Shown here piece by piece: positions 51,157 to 60,861 of a DNA stretch of 64,000 nucleotides (position 1 is the first letter of the stretch; each line of letters opens with the position of its first letter). The translations under genes were made by a program, and so were the position numbers. The stretch covers positions 103,571 to 167,570 of the forward strand of contig JBHLLT010000005.1 in the NCBI GenBank assembly GCA_048938855.1, read 5' to 3'. The notes beneath the pieces were generated by a model that ran no database searches, had not been told where the DNA came from, and was given only the letters and a program-made list of their open reading frames with translations. Origin of the DNA: Promethearchaeota archaeon (GTDB taxonomy: Archaea > Asgardarchaeota > Lokiarchaeia > Sigyniarchaeales > SOKP01).

Positions 51157-51957
51157 GTGATGAAACTAATGGAATTAGAAAAGCAGGAAGGACAAAATAT
51201 GTTTATAAGTATGGATAATCTACTCGAGATATTAGGAAACCCAACTAGAAGGATTATTCTTTCGAAATTAGCAAAAGTTCCATTAGGTGCCTCAGAATTA
51301 GCCGCATCATTTGGTAAAAAGATTTCAAGACAAGCAATTCACAGCCAACTTAAAATGCTTTCTGAATATGGGATCATTGAAAGTTTTGGCGAAGATCCAC
51401 GAAATACTAAATATCGTATTAATAGCAGCCTTTCTTTGAGAATTGATATTACTCCAGATTATTATAATATAAATTATAATGTTTCTAAAATTGATGATAC
51501 TAGAGAGAGTTTAAAATTAAAAGATACAGGCGTTCAAGTAGATTATCAAAAAATCAAGCATCCTGATAAGAAACTTAGGTTTATAGGTGAAAAAATTAAA
51601 GAAATTGAACAAAATTTAAGTGGATTAGAGCGAGAAAGAAATGCTCTTCTACATAATAAAGAATGTTTTATTTTAGAACTAAAAAAAATTATAAGAGATC
51701 AATATGAAAAAGACCTAGAAACAAAAGAGCAACCTAATTTGGAGAAGGAGGTTTTCTATACACTATTTTATAATCCAATAAAATATTTTGACAGAATCAA
51801 TATTGATAAATTATTAGATGATATGTTCTTTTCAGAAATGGGGCCTATTAGAAGGGATCAACATAAAGTCTCCATAAGGCACCTCCTTAAAGATTTGTCT
51901 AAACTTATGGGCATTTTAAGGGAAGATGAGGAAGATTTTTGGTTTTTTGACATTTAA
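51157..51957 (+). CDS. Phr/HSR1-like heat-shock regulator (ArsR-type wHTH + coiled coil)
   Basis: LLEILGNPTRRIIL..L...P..ASEL...LSLRIDITP matches the Phr N-terminal pattern; operonic with hsp20-cdc48. Confidence 0.8.
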   Translation: MMKLMELEKQEGQNMFISMDNLLEILGNPTRRIILSKLAKVPLGASELAASFGKKISRQAIHSQLKMLSEYGIIESFGEDPRNTKYRINSSLSLRIDITPDYYNINYNVSKIDDTRESLKLKDTGVQVDYQKIKHPDKKLRFIGEKIKEIEQNLSGLERERNALLHNKECFILELKKIIRDQYEKDLETKEQPNLEKEVFYTLFYNPIKYFDRINIDKLLDDMFFSEMGPIRRDQHKVSIRHLLKDLSKLMGILREDEEDFWFFDI

Positions 51958-52001
51958 ATTATTTTTTTTTTGAAGTTTTAAACTCTTAAACGAGGAAATA
52001 A

Positions 52002-52505
52002 ATGATGAATTTGCAGGATTTAAAGAAGAAAATGCCTAAAATTTTCGAGCAAGTCAAAAATGATGTAAAAAAGACATATGGGAGGCATAGAGCAGGTTTA
52101 AGCCTTGGACTTGTCGAAATGGGAATGTATAGAGGAGCTTTTATTGGAGGAATGCATTTTAGTCCAGGTACAGATATCGTAATGAACAAAACTCCTTTAA
52201 AGATTATTTTAAAAGAACAACCATCTGAAATTGTATGGTCTTATACATATCACATTTTATTACACGAATACATTCATTCGTTAGGGATTCTCAACGAAGA
52301 GCAATGTAAAATAATTACACTTAAAATTACTGAGAAAGTATTTAAAGAAAATAACCATCCTGCTATAATCTTAGCGAAAAATGGGATCGGTGCTTTTTTT
52401 CCTAATTTACCTTTAATTTACGCTCCTCCAGATCTCAGTTCTGATGGAATTCCAATTGATTATATATTTAATTTTGACCAGGAGAGTTATGATTATTATT
52501 CTTGA
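52002..52505 (+). CDS. HExxH putative zinc metallopeptidase
   Basis: ILLHEYIHSLG. Confidence 0.7.
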   Translation: MMNLQDLKKKMPKIFEQVKNDVKKTYGRHRAGLSLGLVEMGMYRGAFIGGMHFSPGTDIVMNKTPLKIILKEQPSEIVWSYTYHILLHEYIHSLGILNEEQCKIITLKITEKVFKENNHPAIILAKNGIGAFFPNLPLIYAPPDLSSDGIPIDYIFNFDQESYDYYS

Positions 52506-52567
52506 AAATTAAAATTATTAATTATTTTTCGCATATTCAAGAAGAGATGTTTCTAATTTGAGACATA

Positions 52568-52930
52568 TTAGCCTAAAATTTGATTGAGGGTATTAATTAA
52601 TCTTCTATGAGTGAATGGTTTATCCAAGAACCCTTTTGCCCCACAGGAATATACTTCTTCTTTTATAGTTTTATCTGCACTCGCAAAAATAACTCTCGAA
52701 TCATGATCAATTTGTAGAATTTCTTTCAAAGCATCTAATCCATTTTTTATTGGCATTCTATAATCTAAAATTACAATATTAGGTTTTTCAGGAAAATTCT
52801 TAAACATTTTAATTGCTTCATTCCCATTATTAGCAATACCTAACACTTGAAATCCAGACATCTTTAATAAGAGCTCATATAATCTTTGAAGATCTCGATC
52901 ATCTTCTGCAATGAAAATAGTTTTTATTAT
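52568..52930 (-). CDS. Single-domain response regulator (CheY-like); full domain needs an ATA start or a 1-nt indel
   Basis: Frame extends upstream of the tracked Met as IIKTIFIAEDDRDLQRLY; also ILDYRMPIKNG, ASA, KPF. Confidence 0.85.
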   Translation of the reverse strand: MIKTIFIAEDDRDLQRLYELLLKMSGFQVLGIANNGNEAIKMFKNFPEKPNIVILDYRMPIKNGLDALKEILQIDHDSRVIFASADKTIKEEVYSCGAKGFLDKPFTHRRLINTLNQILG

Positions 52931-53194
52931 TCATCACCTTCAGTGTACAATACACTGTATTTATGCTAATTACTTCAGATGTTTGAATTATTATTTGTTT
53001 TCTTAATAAAATTGCAAACCTATTACAGAAATTATTATATTTATGCTTTAACATTTAGAAAAAAAGTAGTTCAGTCATAGTTTCAATTAGAAATATTTTA
53101 ATCTAATTAGGTTTAAAACTATTACCGTAAATTTTTTTTGTATATTATGTTTAGATGAATTTAGAATACTTTTATTAAACAAGAAAAGGGAAAA

Positions 53195-54280
53195 ATAATT
53201 ACACAAATACAACCCATTGATAAAGATCTTGATGAAGAGAAAGAATCTATTGAAAAAAGTTTAGAATTCTCTCCAGAACAATTAATTCTCAAATGGAAAT
53301 TTCAAAACGTAGATAAAAAACTTACCTATGATATAAAACGATGTATTGGATGCTCTTTATGTAAAATTGTTTGCCCTGTTGATGCAATTGAACTTGGTCC
53401 AATTCCGGAGATTGCTCAAGGAACTTTAGATGAAACTAATCCAAAAATCTTAATAGATCATGAAAAATGCTGTTATTGTATGCTTTGTGCTATAGTTTGT
53501 CCTAATGACGCTTTTCATGAAAACATCACTCCTGAAAAACAAATTAATCTTAATGAATTTCCTTCAATTGGCAAATTTTTTAAAATTAATATGAAAAAAT
53601 GCATTGAAGATTCTAACAATGAAACCTGTCAACTCTGTCTTACTGTGAGAGATAGGAATAACATAAAAGATTTTTTTAAAATTCAAAAGGAATGTCCTAC
53701 TCAATGTTTCTCAATTGATTCTCCTATTAAAGGAAATGTGATTATTAAAAAAAACATGCTTCATAAGTGTGATCCACAAGGATGTAAAGCTTGTGTAAAT
53801 ATTTGTCCTACAGAATCTTTTTTTATACCTGAAAGTGCTGAAGATGTAATTAAATACGGAAAGATTGCTTGTAATGAAGATGAGTGTTTCTACTGTGGAG
53901 CATGTGAAAATTCATGTCCTGATGAGTTAATTATTGTTGATAGAAAAGATGTCATAATAGAAAATCCCAAAAAAAAGGGAAATTACCCATGGATTCAAGG
54001 TTGGATAAAAAATATTAAAGATATAATTAGAAAAGCATTAGTTCAAGGTAAACAACAAATACAAATCCCTCTGATTGAAGAAGAAGTAAAGAAGCTTAAA
54101 GAAAAAATAGAAGAATCTGTTCCTCAATTATCTAAGGAAGATCGAGAAAAATTAAATCAATTGAATGAGAAGATTCAAACGTTTCTTAGATCTCCAAAAA
54201 TTAGATATTGGATAAAAGATAAAAAAACAAAAAAAATTACAAGCGAATTTAATAATTTCTTGAAAAAGAATAATAGATGA
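53195..54280 (+). CDS. FwdF-like polyferredoxin; start inferred at ATA/ATT
   Basis: Open frame from 53165 contains CIGCSLCKIVCP and CCYCMLCAIVCP at and before the tracked Met, then further CxxCxxC..CP motifs. Confidence 0.82.
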   Translation: MITQIQPIDKDLDEEKESIEKSLEFSPEQLILKWKFQNVDKKLTYDIKRCIGCSLCKIVCPVDAIELGPIPEIAQGTLDETNPKILIDHEKCCYCMLCAIVCPNDAFHENITPEKQINLNEFPSIGKFFKINMKKCIEDSNNETCQLCLTVRDRNNIKDFFKIQKECPTQCFSIDSPIKGNVIIKKNMLHKCDPQGCKACVNICPTESFFIPESAEDVIKYGKIACNEDECFYCGACENSCPDELIIVDRKDVIIENPKKKGNYPWIQGWIKNIKDIIRKALVQGKQQIQIPLIEEEVKKLKEKIEESVPQLSKEDREKLNQLNEKIQTFLRSPKIRYWIKDKKTKKITSEFNNFLKKNNR

Positions 54281-54456
54281 AAAATTAAACAGTAGACATA
54301 ACAATGATTTAATTATTCCTAATTCGAAAAACTAATAAACTGCAATAAATCTGATTTAGTTCTAAACCATTTAAATTCTTTTTCTTTAAATATTTTTAGT
54401 TATAAATAAGTTAAGTAAACTTCATATGAATTTCTGAAATCAGAGTAAATCAAATT

Positions 54457-54744
54457 ATGATTATTAAAACCAAAGTAAAGTTTAATAGAAGGAATAATAC
54501 CAAATATATTATTGTTTGGATCCAAAAACATAAAGATTTTGACAGAGATGTTCAAGGAATTTTAAATTTCTTTAAAAAGCAAATAACTTATACTCTAATT
54601 AGTAGATTCCATCAGTATTATAAAATTACCTCAAATAATCCCGCTATAATGCTATCGCTTATCTCCTCTATTCAAGATCTAATTGCTGAAAATTATCTAG
54701 GAGCCGAAGAATCAATAGAAGTTCAAGAATCAGCAAATTTATGA
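54457..54744 (+). CDS. Hypothetical protein
   Basis: 95 aa ORF filling the intergenic space. Confidence 0.6.
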   Translation: MIIKTKVKFNRRNNTKYIIVWIQKHKDFDRDVQGILNFFKKQITYTLISRFHQYYKITSNNPAIMLSLISSIQDLIAENYLGAEESIEVQESANL

Positions 54745-54872
54745 CTTACTAATACTATTTGGATCTTAATTATCAGAGAATAACTTTTTTGAAATAAATA
54801 TTGAAATTATACTGAAAATAATACAAGTAAGTTGTTTTTGATAATTTTTGTACTTGGAAAAACAGAAAAAAA

Positions 54873-54974
54873 TGGGAGAGGGGGGATTCGAACCCCCGGC
54901 CCCTTGGTCCCAAACCAAGATTCACGCTGTAGAGAAGAGTCCTACAGTATCATACCAAGCTAGACCACCCTCCC
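54873..54974 (-). tRNA. tRNA-Pro(UGG) with a 28-nt intron at position 25/26 (54921-54948); CCA not encoded
   Basis: Acceptor GGGAGGG/CTCTCCC-A; D arm GTCT-AGCTTGGTA-TGAT; anticodon arm CTTGG-TTTGGGA-CCAAG; T arm GGGGG-TTCGAAT-CCCCC; bulge-helix-bulge at the intron ends. Confidence 0.95.
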
Positions 54975-55194
54975 TTTCAGGAATGGGATTTTTTTTTTAA
55001 AGATTTTCTATAAAGAATCTTGAGTTTCGAAGATAAATCAAAAATCAAAATAGTAATCTTATATATGAGCTAGTATAAATAAAAAAAAAATAATATTCTA
55101 AAAAAGTTTTGCCGTTAATAATTAGGTTTTTTGTTAATAATTAATATCTATGATATCCTTATAATGAATAAAATCCTCTTTTTGCATAAGAAGG

Positions 55195-55782
55195 ATGAAA
55201 AAAAAAATTGGACTTGTAAAAATTGGGGAAGTAGATCAATCAATTTTAGAAAAGCTAAAAACTAATTTGGAACTCAATTTTAAAGATTTTAAAATTTCGG
55301 TGGATATTCTACAAGAAATAATTACGCTAGAAAATTCAGAGTATAATAAAAGTCGAAGTCAATATAACGCACCTAAGTTATTAGATAAAATCAATTCACT
55401 TATCCAAGAAAAACAATATTTTCGTGTTCTTGGAATAATAGATCATGATATCTACTCAAACCCATACTTTTTTTTACTGGGGCAAGCAGAAAGTCCAAAA
55501 AAAGATAAACCATGGCAGCCAGTTGGTGCATTAATTTCAATTACAAGACTTAGAGAAGCTTTTTATCGAAGACCCGAAGATGAGGTTCTTTTCGAACAGA
55601 GGATATTAAAAGAGGCTACGCATGAGTTAGGACACACATTCAGCTTGTCTCATTGTCATAAATACTGTATTATGCGATTTTCAAATTCCATAACTGATAC
55701 TGATAATAAACCATCATCATTTTGTAATTCTTGTTTAAAAAATCTAAGAAGATTCTTAAAGAATCTAGATATTGCTTTTTAG
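55195..55782 (+). CDS. amzA: Archaemetzincin (M54 zinc peptidase)
   Basis: RSQY, HELGHTFSLSHC..CIMRFSN....D.K...FCNSC. Confidence 0.92.
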   Translation: MKKKIGLVKIGEVDQSILEKLKTNLELNFKDFKISVDILQEIITLENSEYNKSRSQYNAPKLLDKINSLIQEKQYFRVLGIIDHDIYSNPYFFLLGQAESPKKDKPWQPVGALISITRLREAFYRRPEDEVLFEQRILKEATHELGHTFSLSHCHKYCIMRFSNSITDTDNKPSSFCNSCLKNLRRFLKNLDIAF

Positions 55783-56781
55783 AAATCTTTTTTCAAATAC
55801 TCTATAGAGCTCTTCACCTATGTTTGAAATTTTCTTATTATTTTTAACTAATTTTATTAAATTAGGTGGAATCTTTTGTAGACCAAAATAAGCTCCTGCT
55901 AAGCTTCCCCCAATTGCTCCTACTGTATCACTGTCTCCTCCTGAAGTTGAAAGCTCGAAAATACACTCTTTGAAGGAAGATAATTTTTTTAAGAAAATAA
56001 AAAGCGAACATACGACAGTACTTATCGCATATGGATGAACAAATGCTTGTCCTAAATATTCTTCAATGAAATATGGAGACTTAACTCCAATTTGAGAAAA
56101 TTTTATTAGACCTGAATCAATTGGCATATCTAAATTTGATTTCAATTTGGATAATATTTCAATAAATTCCTTCCATATTTCATCCTCAGAATTTAAAATG
56201 GAATTAGTTATGACATTAAAAAACTCATCGACAGAGAATCCGGTTTCGGGATTTTTCTCAATTAAATAAGCGATTGCACTCGCAATAACAACTGCACCGG
56301 CTGAAGCGGCTGAATGAGAGTGTGTAATAATGCTTGATTTTATCGCAGCAGTCTTTAGAGCTTTTGCGTCTCTACAGTATAACAATCCAATCGGAGCAAT
56401 TCTCATAACTGTACCATTTCCCCCAGAATTTGAAGCGGCTTGTTTCCATGGAACTCCATATCTTAGTTTTCGAATAGAAGAGATACAACCATAACCCGGA
56501 CCAATTGGAGGATCATCTAACCAATTTATGAACTCTCTGATGATATAGTCAACTTTAAATCCATTACCTTTAATCAGTGCTTCAGCAAGATGTAATGTTA
56601 GCTGAGTATCATCTGTATAACTCTTAAAAATTGACTTATTTTGCTGAACGAATCTTTCGAAATCATCAAAATATGAATAGATATGCGTACGGAGCTTCCC
56701 TTCCCAAGGATGACCCAGTGAATCTCCAATGGCTACGCCTAATAAGCACCCTTGAAACTTGTCTAATAAATTTATTTTCAT
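55765..56781 (-). CDS. ADP-ribosylglycohydrolase (DraG/ARH family)
   Basis: GVAIGDSLG, YTDDTQLT, GNGTVMRIAP, ITH, GGDSDTVGAI. Confidence 0.93.
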   Translation of the reverse strand: MKINLLDKFQGCLLGVAIGDSLGHPWEGKLRTHIYSYFDDFERFVQQNKSIFKSYTDDTQLTLHLAEALIKGNGFKVDYIIREFINWLDDPPIGPGYGCISSIRKLRYGVPWKQAASNSGGNGTVMRIAPIGLLYCRDAKALKTAAIKSSIITHSHSAASAGAVVIASAIAYLIEKNPETGFSVDEFFNVITNSILNSEDEIWKEFIEILSKLKSNLDMPIDSGLIKFSQIGVKSPYFIEEYLGQAFVHPYAISTVVCSLFIFLKKLSSFKECIFELSTSGGDSDTVGAIGGSLAGAYFGLQKIPPNLIKLVKNNKKISNIGEELYRVFEKRFLKSNI

Positions 56782-56930
56782 ACTACCTCATAATAAAATT
56801 TTTGCTTTAAATATAAATGCTATATGTATAATTCAAATCAATACATTAGTCTACTATTAAAAAGTATTATATACAAAATTTACTAATAGTTTCTTTAATT
56901 TATGGATTAAAAAGAATAAGGAGGATCCTG

Positions 56931-57830
56931 ATGCCTAGGATAGATAAATTGAAAAATGTGATAACAGCTATGATCACACCGTTTAAAGAAGATTTAAATT
57001 TGGATGAAATAAAATATCGAGAATTCATTCGATTCCAAATTGATAACGGTTGTCAAATTTTAACAATGGGGACAACTGGAGAGAGTCCCACGATGTCTCA
57101 TGAAGAACATCACACAGCTATGGAAATTGCTATCGACGAAGCAAGTAAAAGTAGTAAGAATCCATTTGTTTTAGTAGGAACTGGTAGCAACTCAACAAAA
57201 GAAGCCATATCCTTATCTAAGTATGCTGAAAAAGCTGGGGCTGATGGAATATTAGTGGTGGTACCTTACTATAATAAACCAGATCAACACTCTTTAATAG
57301 ACCATTTTTCTGCCATAGCAGATTCCGTTTCTCTTCCAATTATTTTATATAACGTTCCAAGTCGGACCGGAAGAAATTTAGAACCTGATACTGTTTCTAC
57401 ATTAGCTAATACAAGAGATAATATAATAGGGATTAAATGTGCAAGTGGAAATATTGATCAAATTACTAATATCATTAAAACAACCCCCCATGATTTTATT
57501 GTTTTAAGTGGTGATGATAGCATGACATACCATATAATGGCTCTAGGTGGTAAGGGTGTAATAAGTGTAGCCTCTAATATTATTCCTTCAATGATGGTGG
57601 AATTTTCTAACACTATGTTAAATAATAACTGGGAGAAAGCAAGAAATATGCAACTTCAACTTTATGATTTGTTCAAAGTTCTCTTTATTGAAACTAATCC
57701 TGGACCTGTAAAATTTGCTGCTAGTGTAATGGGATTAATGAATATAAGGATGCGAATGCCACTTACTCCACCATTAAAAACAAATCAAAATAAAATATTG
57801 GATGTATTAAGAGGATTAGATTTAATTTAG
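56931..57830 (+). CDS. dapA: 4-hydroxy-tetrahydrodipicolinate synthase
   Basis: GTTGES, PYYNKP, LYNVPSRTG, catalytic Lys in GIKCASG, LSGDD, ETNPGP. Confidence 0.95.
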   Translation: MPRIDKLKNVITAMITPFKEDLNLDEIKYREFIRFQIDNGCQILTMGTTGESPTMSHEEHHTAMEIAIDEASKSSKNPFVLVGTGSNSTKEAISLSKYAEKAGADGILVVVPYYNKPDQHSLIDHFSAIADSVSLPIILYNVPSRTGRNLEPDTVSTLANTRDNIIGIKCASGNIDQITNIIKTTPHDFIVLSGDDSMTYHIMALGGKGVISVASNIIPSMMVEFSNTMLNNNWEKARNMQLQLYDLFKVLFIETNPGPVKFAASVMGLMNIRMRMPLTPPLKTNQNKILDVLRGLDLI

Positions 57831-57839
57831 AAGAAAGGG

Positions 57840-58673
57840 GTGCAAGCAAATTTGATTAAATTACTTATTTTAGGACCAACTGGCAATACAAGTAGGATAA
57901 TAAGTAAATTAGCTTTCGAAGATGATGAAATTGAGGTTGTAGCAGCCTGCGACATATCTCATATTAATGACGAATTAGGTTTTTTGTTAGGTGTGAATGA
58001 TCTAAACAAAATCAGAATAACCGATGTTAAAAATTTACAAAAAATTATCAATGAAACTTGCCCGGATGTAGTAGTGGATTTTACCATAGCAACGGCAACT
58101 GAAAAAAATTGTTTGATATGTGCACAGAATGGTATTCGGTGTGTAATCGGTACGACAGCACTATCTGAAGAATTCTTAAATAAATTTGAAGAACTTGTAA
58201 AGTTAAATGAAGCACCAGCAGTCATATCTCCTAATATGGCTACTGGAGTGAATATACTCTTTAATATGGCATCAATATTAACTAAATATTTAAATGATTG
58301 GGATATTGAGGTTTTTGAAGCACACCATAATAGAAAAATAGACGTCCCAAGCGGTACTGCATTAAAAATTGGGCAAATAATATGTAATACACTTGGTTCT
58401 GATTTTGATAAAATAACTAAATTTGGGCGATATAAAGGACCTAATAAACGCTTAATTGGAGCAAAAAATGAGATTGGAATTCATTCCATTAGAGCAGGAG
58501 ATATTGTAGGAGATCACACAATATTATATGCTGGACCTGGAGAAAGGATTGAATTAAAACATCAAGCTCATAGTAGAGAATGCTTCGCTAATGGAGCTAT
58601 TAAGGCAATAAAATTTATCGTAAATGCAAAAGAAAATAAAATTTACTCTACAAATGAAGTATTAGGTTTATAA
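57840..58673 (+). CDS. dapB: 4-hydroxy-tetrahydrodipicolinate reductase
   Basis: VDFT, VIGTT, SPNMATG, EAHHNRKIDVPSGTA, RAGDIVGDH. Confidence 0.94.
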   Translation: MQANLIKLLILGPTGNTSRIISKLAFEDDEIEVVAACDISHINDELGFLLGVNDLNKIRITDVKNLQKIINETCPDVVVDFTIATATEKNCLICAQNGIRCVIGTTALSEEFLNKFEELVKLNEAPAVISPNMATGVNILFNMASILTKYLNDWDIEVFEAHHNRKIDVPSGTALKIGQIICNTLGSDFDKITKFGRYKGPNKRLIGAKNEIGIHSIRAGDIVGDHTILYAGPGERIELKHQAHSRECFANGAIKAIKFIVNAKENKIYSTNEVLGL

Positions 58674-58719
58674 TATATCTATACAGAGTGTAATTAATTA
58701 CTTCTCATTTGAAATTTTT

Positions 58720-60477
58720 TTAGGACTCTTTAAATAACCTAATAATAAATTTTGCACCTTTATTTCTTCCCTCAGATTCTATGAAAATTTCACCATTATG
58801 TAAATTGGTAATTTCTTTTGCGATGAAGAGTCCTAATCCAGCACCCTCTATGTCAACATTTAAATCCATTCCATAACGTTCAATTTTACCAAATTTTTTA
58901 AATAAAACTTCCTTCTCGTCATCTGTTATTCCTACACCTGTGTCTTTAACTTCAATATCTATATTCTTTTCAGTTTCACTAAGCAGAATCGTAATAATAC
59001 CTGCTGGTGGAGTATTTTTGATTGCATTTGACAATAAATTGATAATAACCTGTTCCAACCTCAATACATCTACTTCAAAATACAGATTATCTGGTAACTT
59101 ACTTTTTATTGTTAAGTTTCTACTCTTTGCTAAATACTTCATTTCTCTAATACTTCTTTCGATAATTACCACTAAATCTTCTTTTTTTTTTATTAATTCT
59201 AATTTACCAGTATCTAATCTCGAAGTGTTTAAAAGATCCTCAATTAAATTTTTAAGGCGTACGCTGCCATCATATAAAATATTAATTAAGTCTGAGTTAC
59301 TATGATTTACGAATTCATCTTTTTTTTCTAATAACATTTGAGATACACCATATATTGATGTTAAAGGTGTTTTTAATTCATGAGAAATTCTAGTGATAAG
59401 ATTTTTTCGCATTTGATCAAGCTCTTTTAATCTCACATTCTCTTCAAAAATTAGTTTGTCAAATTCTTTTTTTTCAGTTATATCTACCCCTACAATTAAA
59501 ACTGCTGAATTACCTTGATAAATAATTGAACTACTATTAATATCTAACCATCTTACATCTCCATTCATAGGAATAATTCTGATATCTAAGCGAGTACTGC
59601 CATTGAGACCCCCCATCTGGTTAGATTTAAAAAGTCCATATACTAAATTTAAATCCTCTGGAAATAAAAGTCTCTCAAATAATTCTTTTGGTCTCCACAT
59701 TTCTACTTCTTGGCGAGAATATCCAATTATTTCCATTAACTTAGGATTAATAAATTTAAATAAATCATCTTGAATAATAGCGATTGAGACATCGGAAAAT
59801 TCAGCTATTGATCTAAATTTTTCTTCAGATTCCCTTAAATCGTCCTCTACTTTCTTTCGCTCATTAATTTCATTTGTTAGTTTTGTTAATGCAACAGCCA
59901 TGTCAGCTTTGGTCGCTTCATCGGTTGTTAATAGTTTTTCAATTTCTTCTTCAATAGTAATGTTTGAAGGTTCAACTGAAAATTCATCAAATTCATCCCC
60001 CTCTGCAATAAATTTTGTCTGTACTGCCCAACAATTAGTTTTAAAATGTCTTGAGCAATATCCCGCCATTTTCCCAGCTACCATACCACTTCCCCAACAA
60101 ACACCTAGAGCTTTTTGGTATCGCCCCTCCCAACTATCTTTAACTTGAAAACAACACTTTTTACTACTTTCATCAATTGATATAAGTTCCCAATGACCCC
60201 AACCAGCTACAGCAGCAATATTAGCTATCGCCTTAAAACCTTCTCTAAAGTTTGGAAAATCCTGAAATACTTCCCAGTCAGCATCTACGCTATTACGGCC
60301 TTCACTTTGTAGAGCTAGATTGAAACGTTTTGGTCCGACCATGAATTGCATACCAGACATTAACCCTGCAAGAGTTGTATCAACCCACATCATAGCCACC
60401 GGAAGTTTTTCAAAAGTACAAGTGCCTTTTCCTGGTTCCCATTCAATATCTATATTACTTACATTGATTTTAGTCAT
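58720..60477 (-). CDS. Sensor histidine kinase with N-terminal V4R/XylR-like domain and a PAS domain
   Basis: AGWGHW...DSWE...AGY...CWA.QT.FIA.GD; PAS ending DITE; SHELKTPL, NLLSNAIK, DTGVG, GAGLGL. Confidence 0.9.
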   Translation of the reverse strand: MTKINVSNIDIEWEPGKGTCTFEKLPVAMMWVDTTLAGLMSGMQFMVGPKRFNLALQSEGRNSVDADWEVFQDFPNFREGFKAIANIAAVAGWGHWELISIDESSKKCCFQVKDSWEGRYQKALGVCWGSGMVAGKMAGYCSRHFKTNCWAVQTKFIAEGDEFDEFSVEPSNITIEEEIEKLLTTDEATKADMAVALTKLTNEINERKKVEDDLRESEEKFRSIAEFSDVSIAIIQDDLFKFINPKLMEIIGYSRQEVEMWRPKELFERLLFPEDLNLVYGLFKSNQMGGLNGSTRLDIRIIPMNGDVRWLDINSSSIIYQGNSAVLIVGVDITEKKEFDKLIFEENVRLKELDQMRKNLITRISHELKTPLTSIYGVSQMLLEKKDEFVNHSNSDLINILYDGSVRLKNLIEDLLNTSRLDTGKLELIKKKEDLVVIIERSIREMKYLAKSRNLTIKSKLPDNLYFEVDVLRLEQVIINLLSNAIKNTPPAGIITILLSETEKNIDIEVKDTGVGITDDEKEVLFKKFGKIERYGMDLNVDIEGAGLGLFIAKEITNLHNGEIFIESEGRNKGAKFIIRLFKES

Positions 60478-60861
60478 GATTTCTTTTGCACCCTAATAAC
60501 CTTAAATGTTTAATTTTTGATATAAACCTAATAAACTTCTATTATTTAACATTTATGGCTATGATGATAAGGAGAGAAATTTAAAACAATTACATTTATG
60601 TCATCAAAATAATCATAACCCTTTTAATAGTGAATATGATTAAATATGTAAATTAGTAAAAGATAAAATTATAAAAATTATCAGTGCAGATCAGTATTAT
60701 CATTAATCTTTTTAGCTAAAAGCTTAAATTAAGATTTCATAACGCCAACACTTCATCGAGAATAATAAGGGGTATCCAAGCCCTAATAGTCTCACTTTTT
60801 ATAATTTTATCTCAATATTAAATAAGAAGACCTGATTTTTTATTTTTAATGTTTCAGTTAA

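Noticed and set aside
60758-60793. Imperfect hairpin downstream of lysA as an ncRNA, SECIS or riboswitch
   Set aside because: Several mismatches, no recognisable conserved motif, and no selenoprotein nearby
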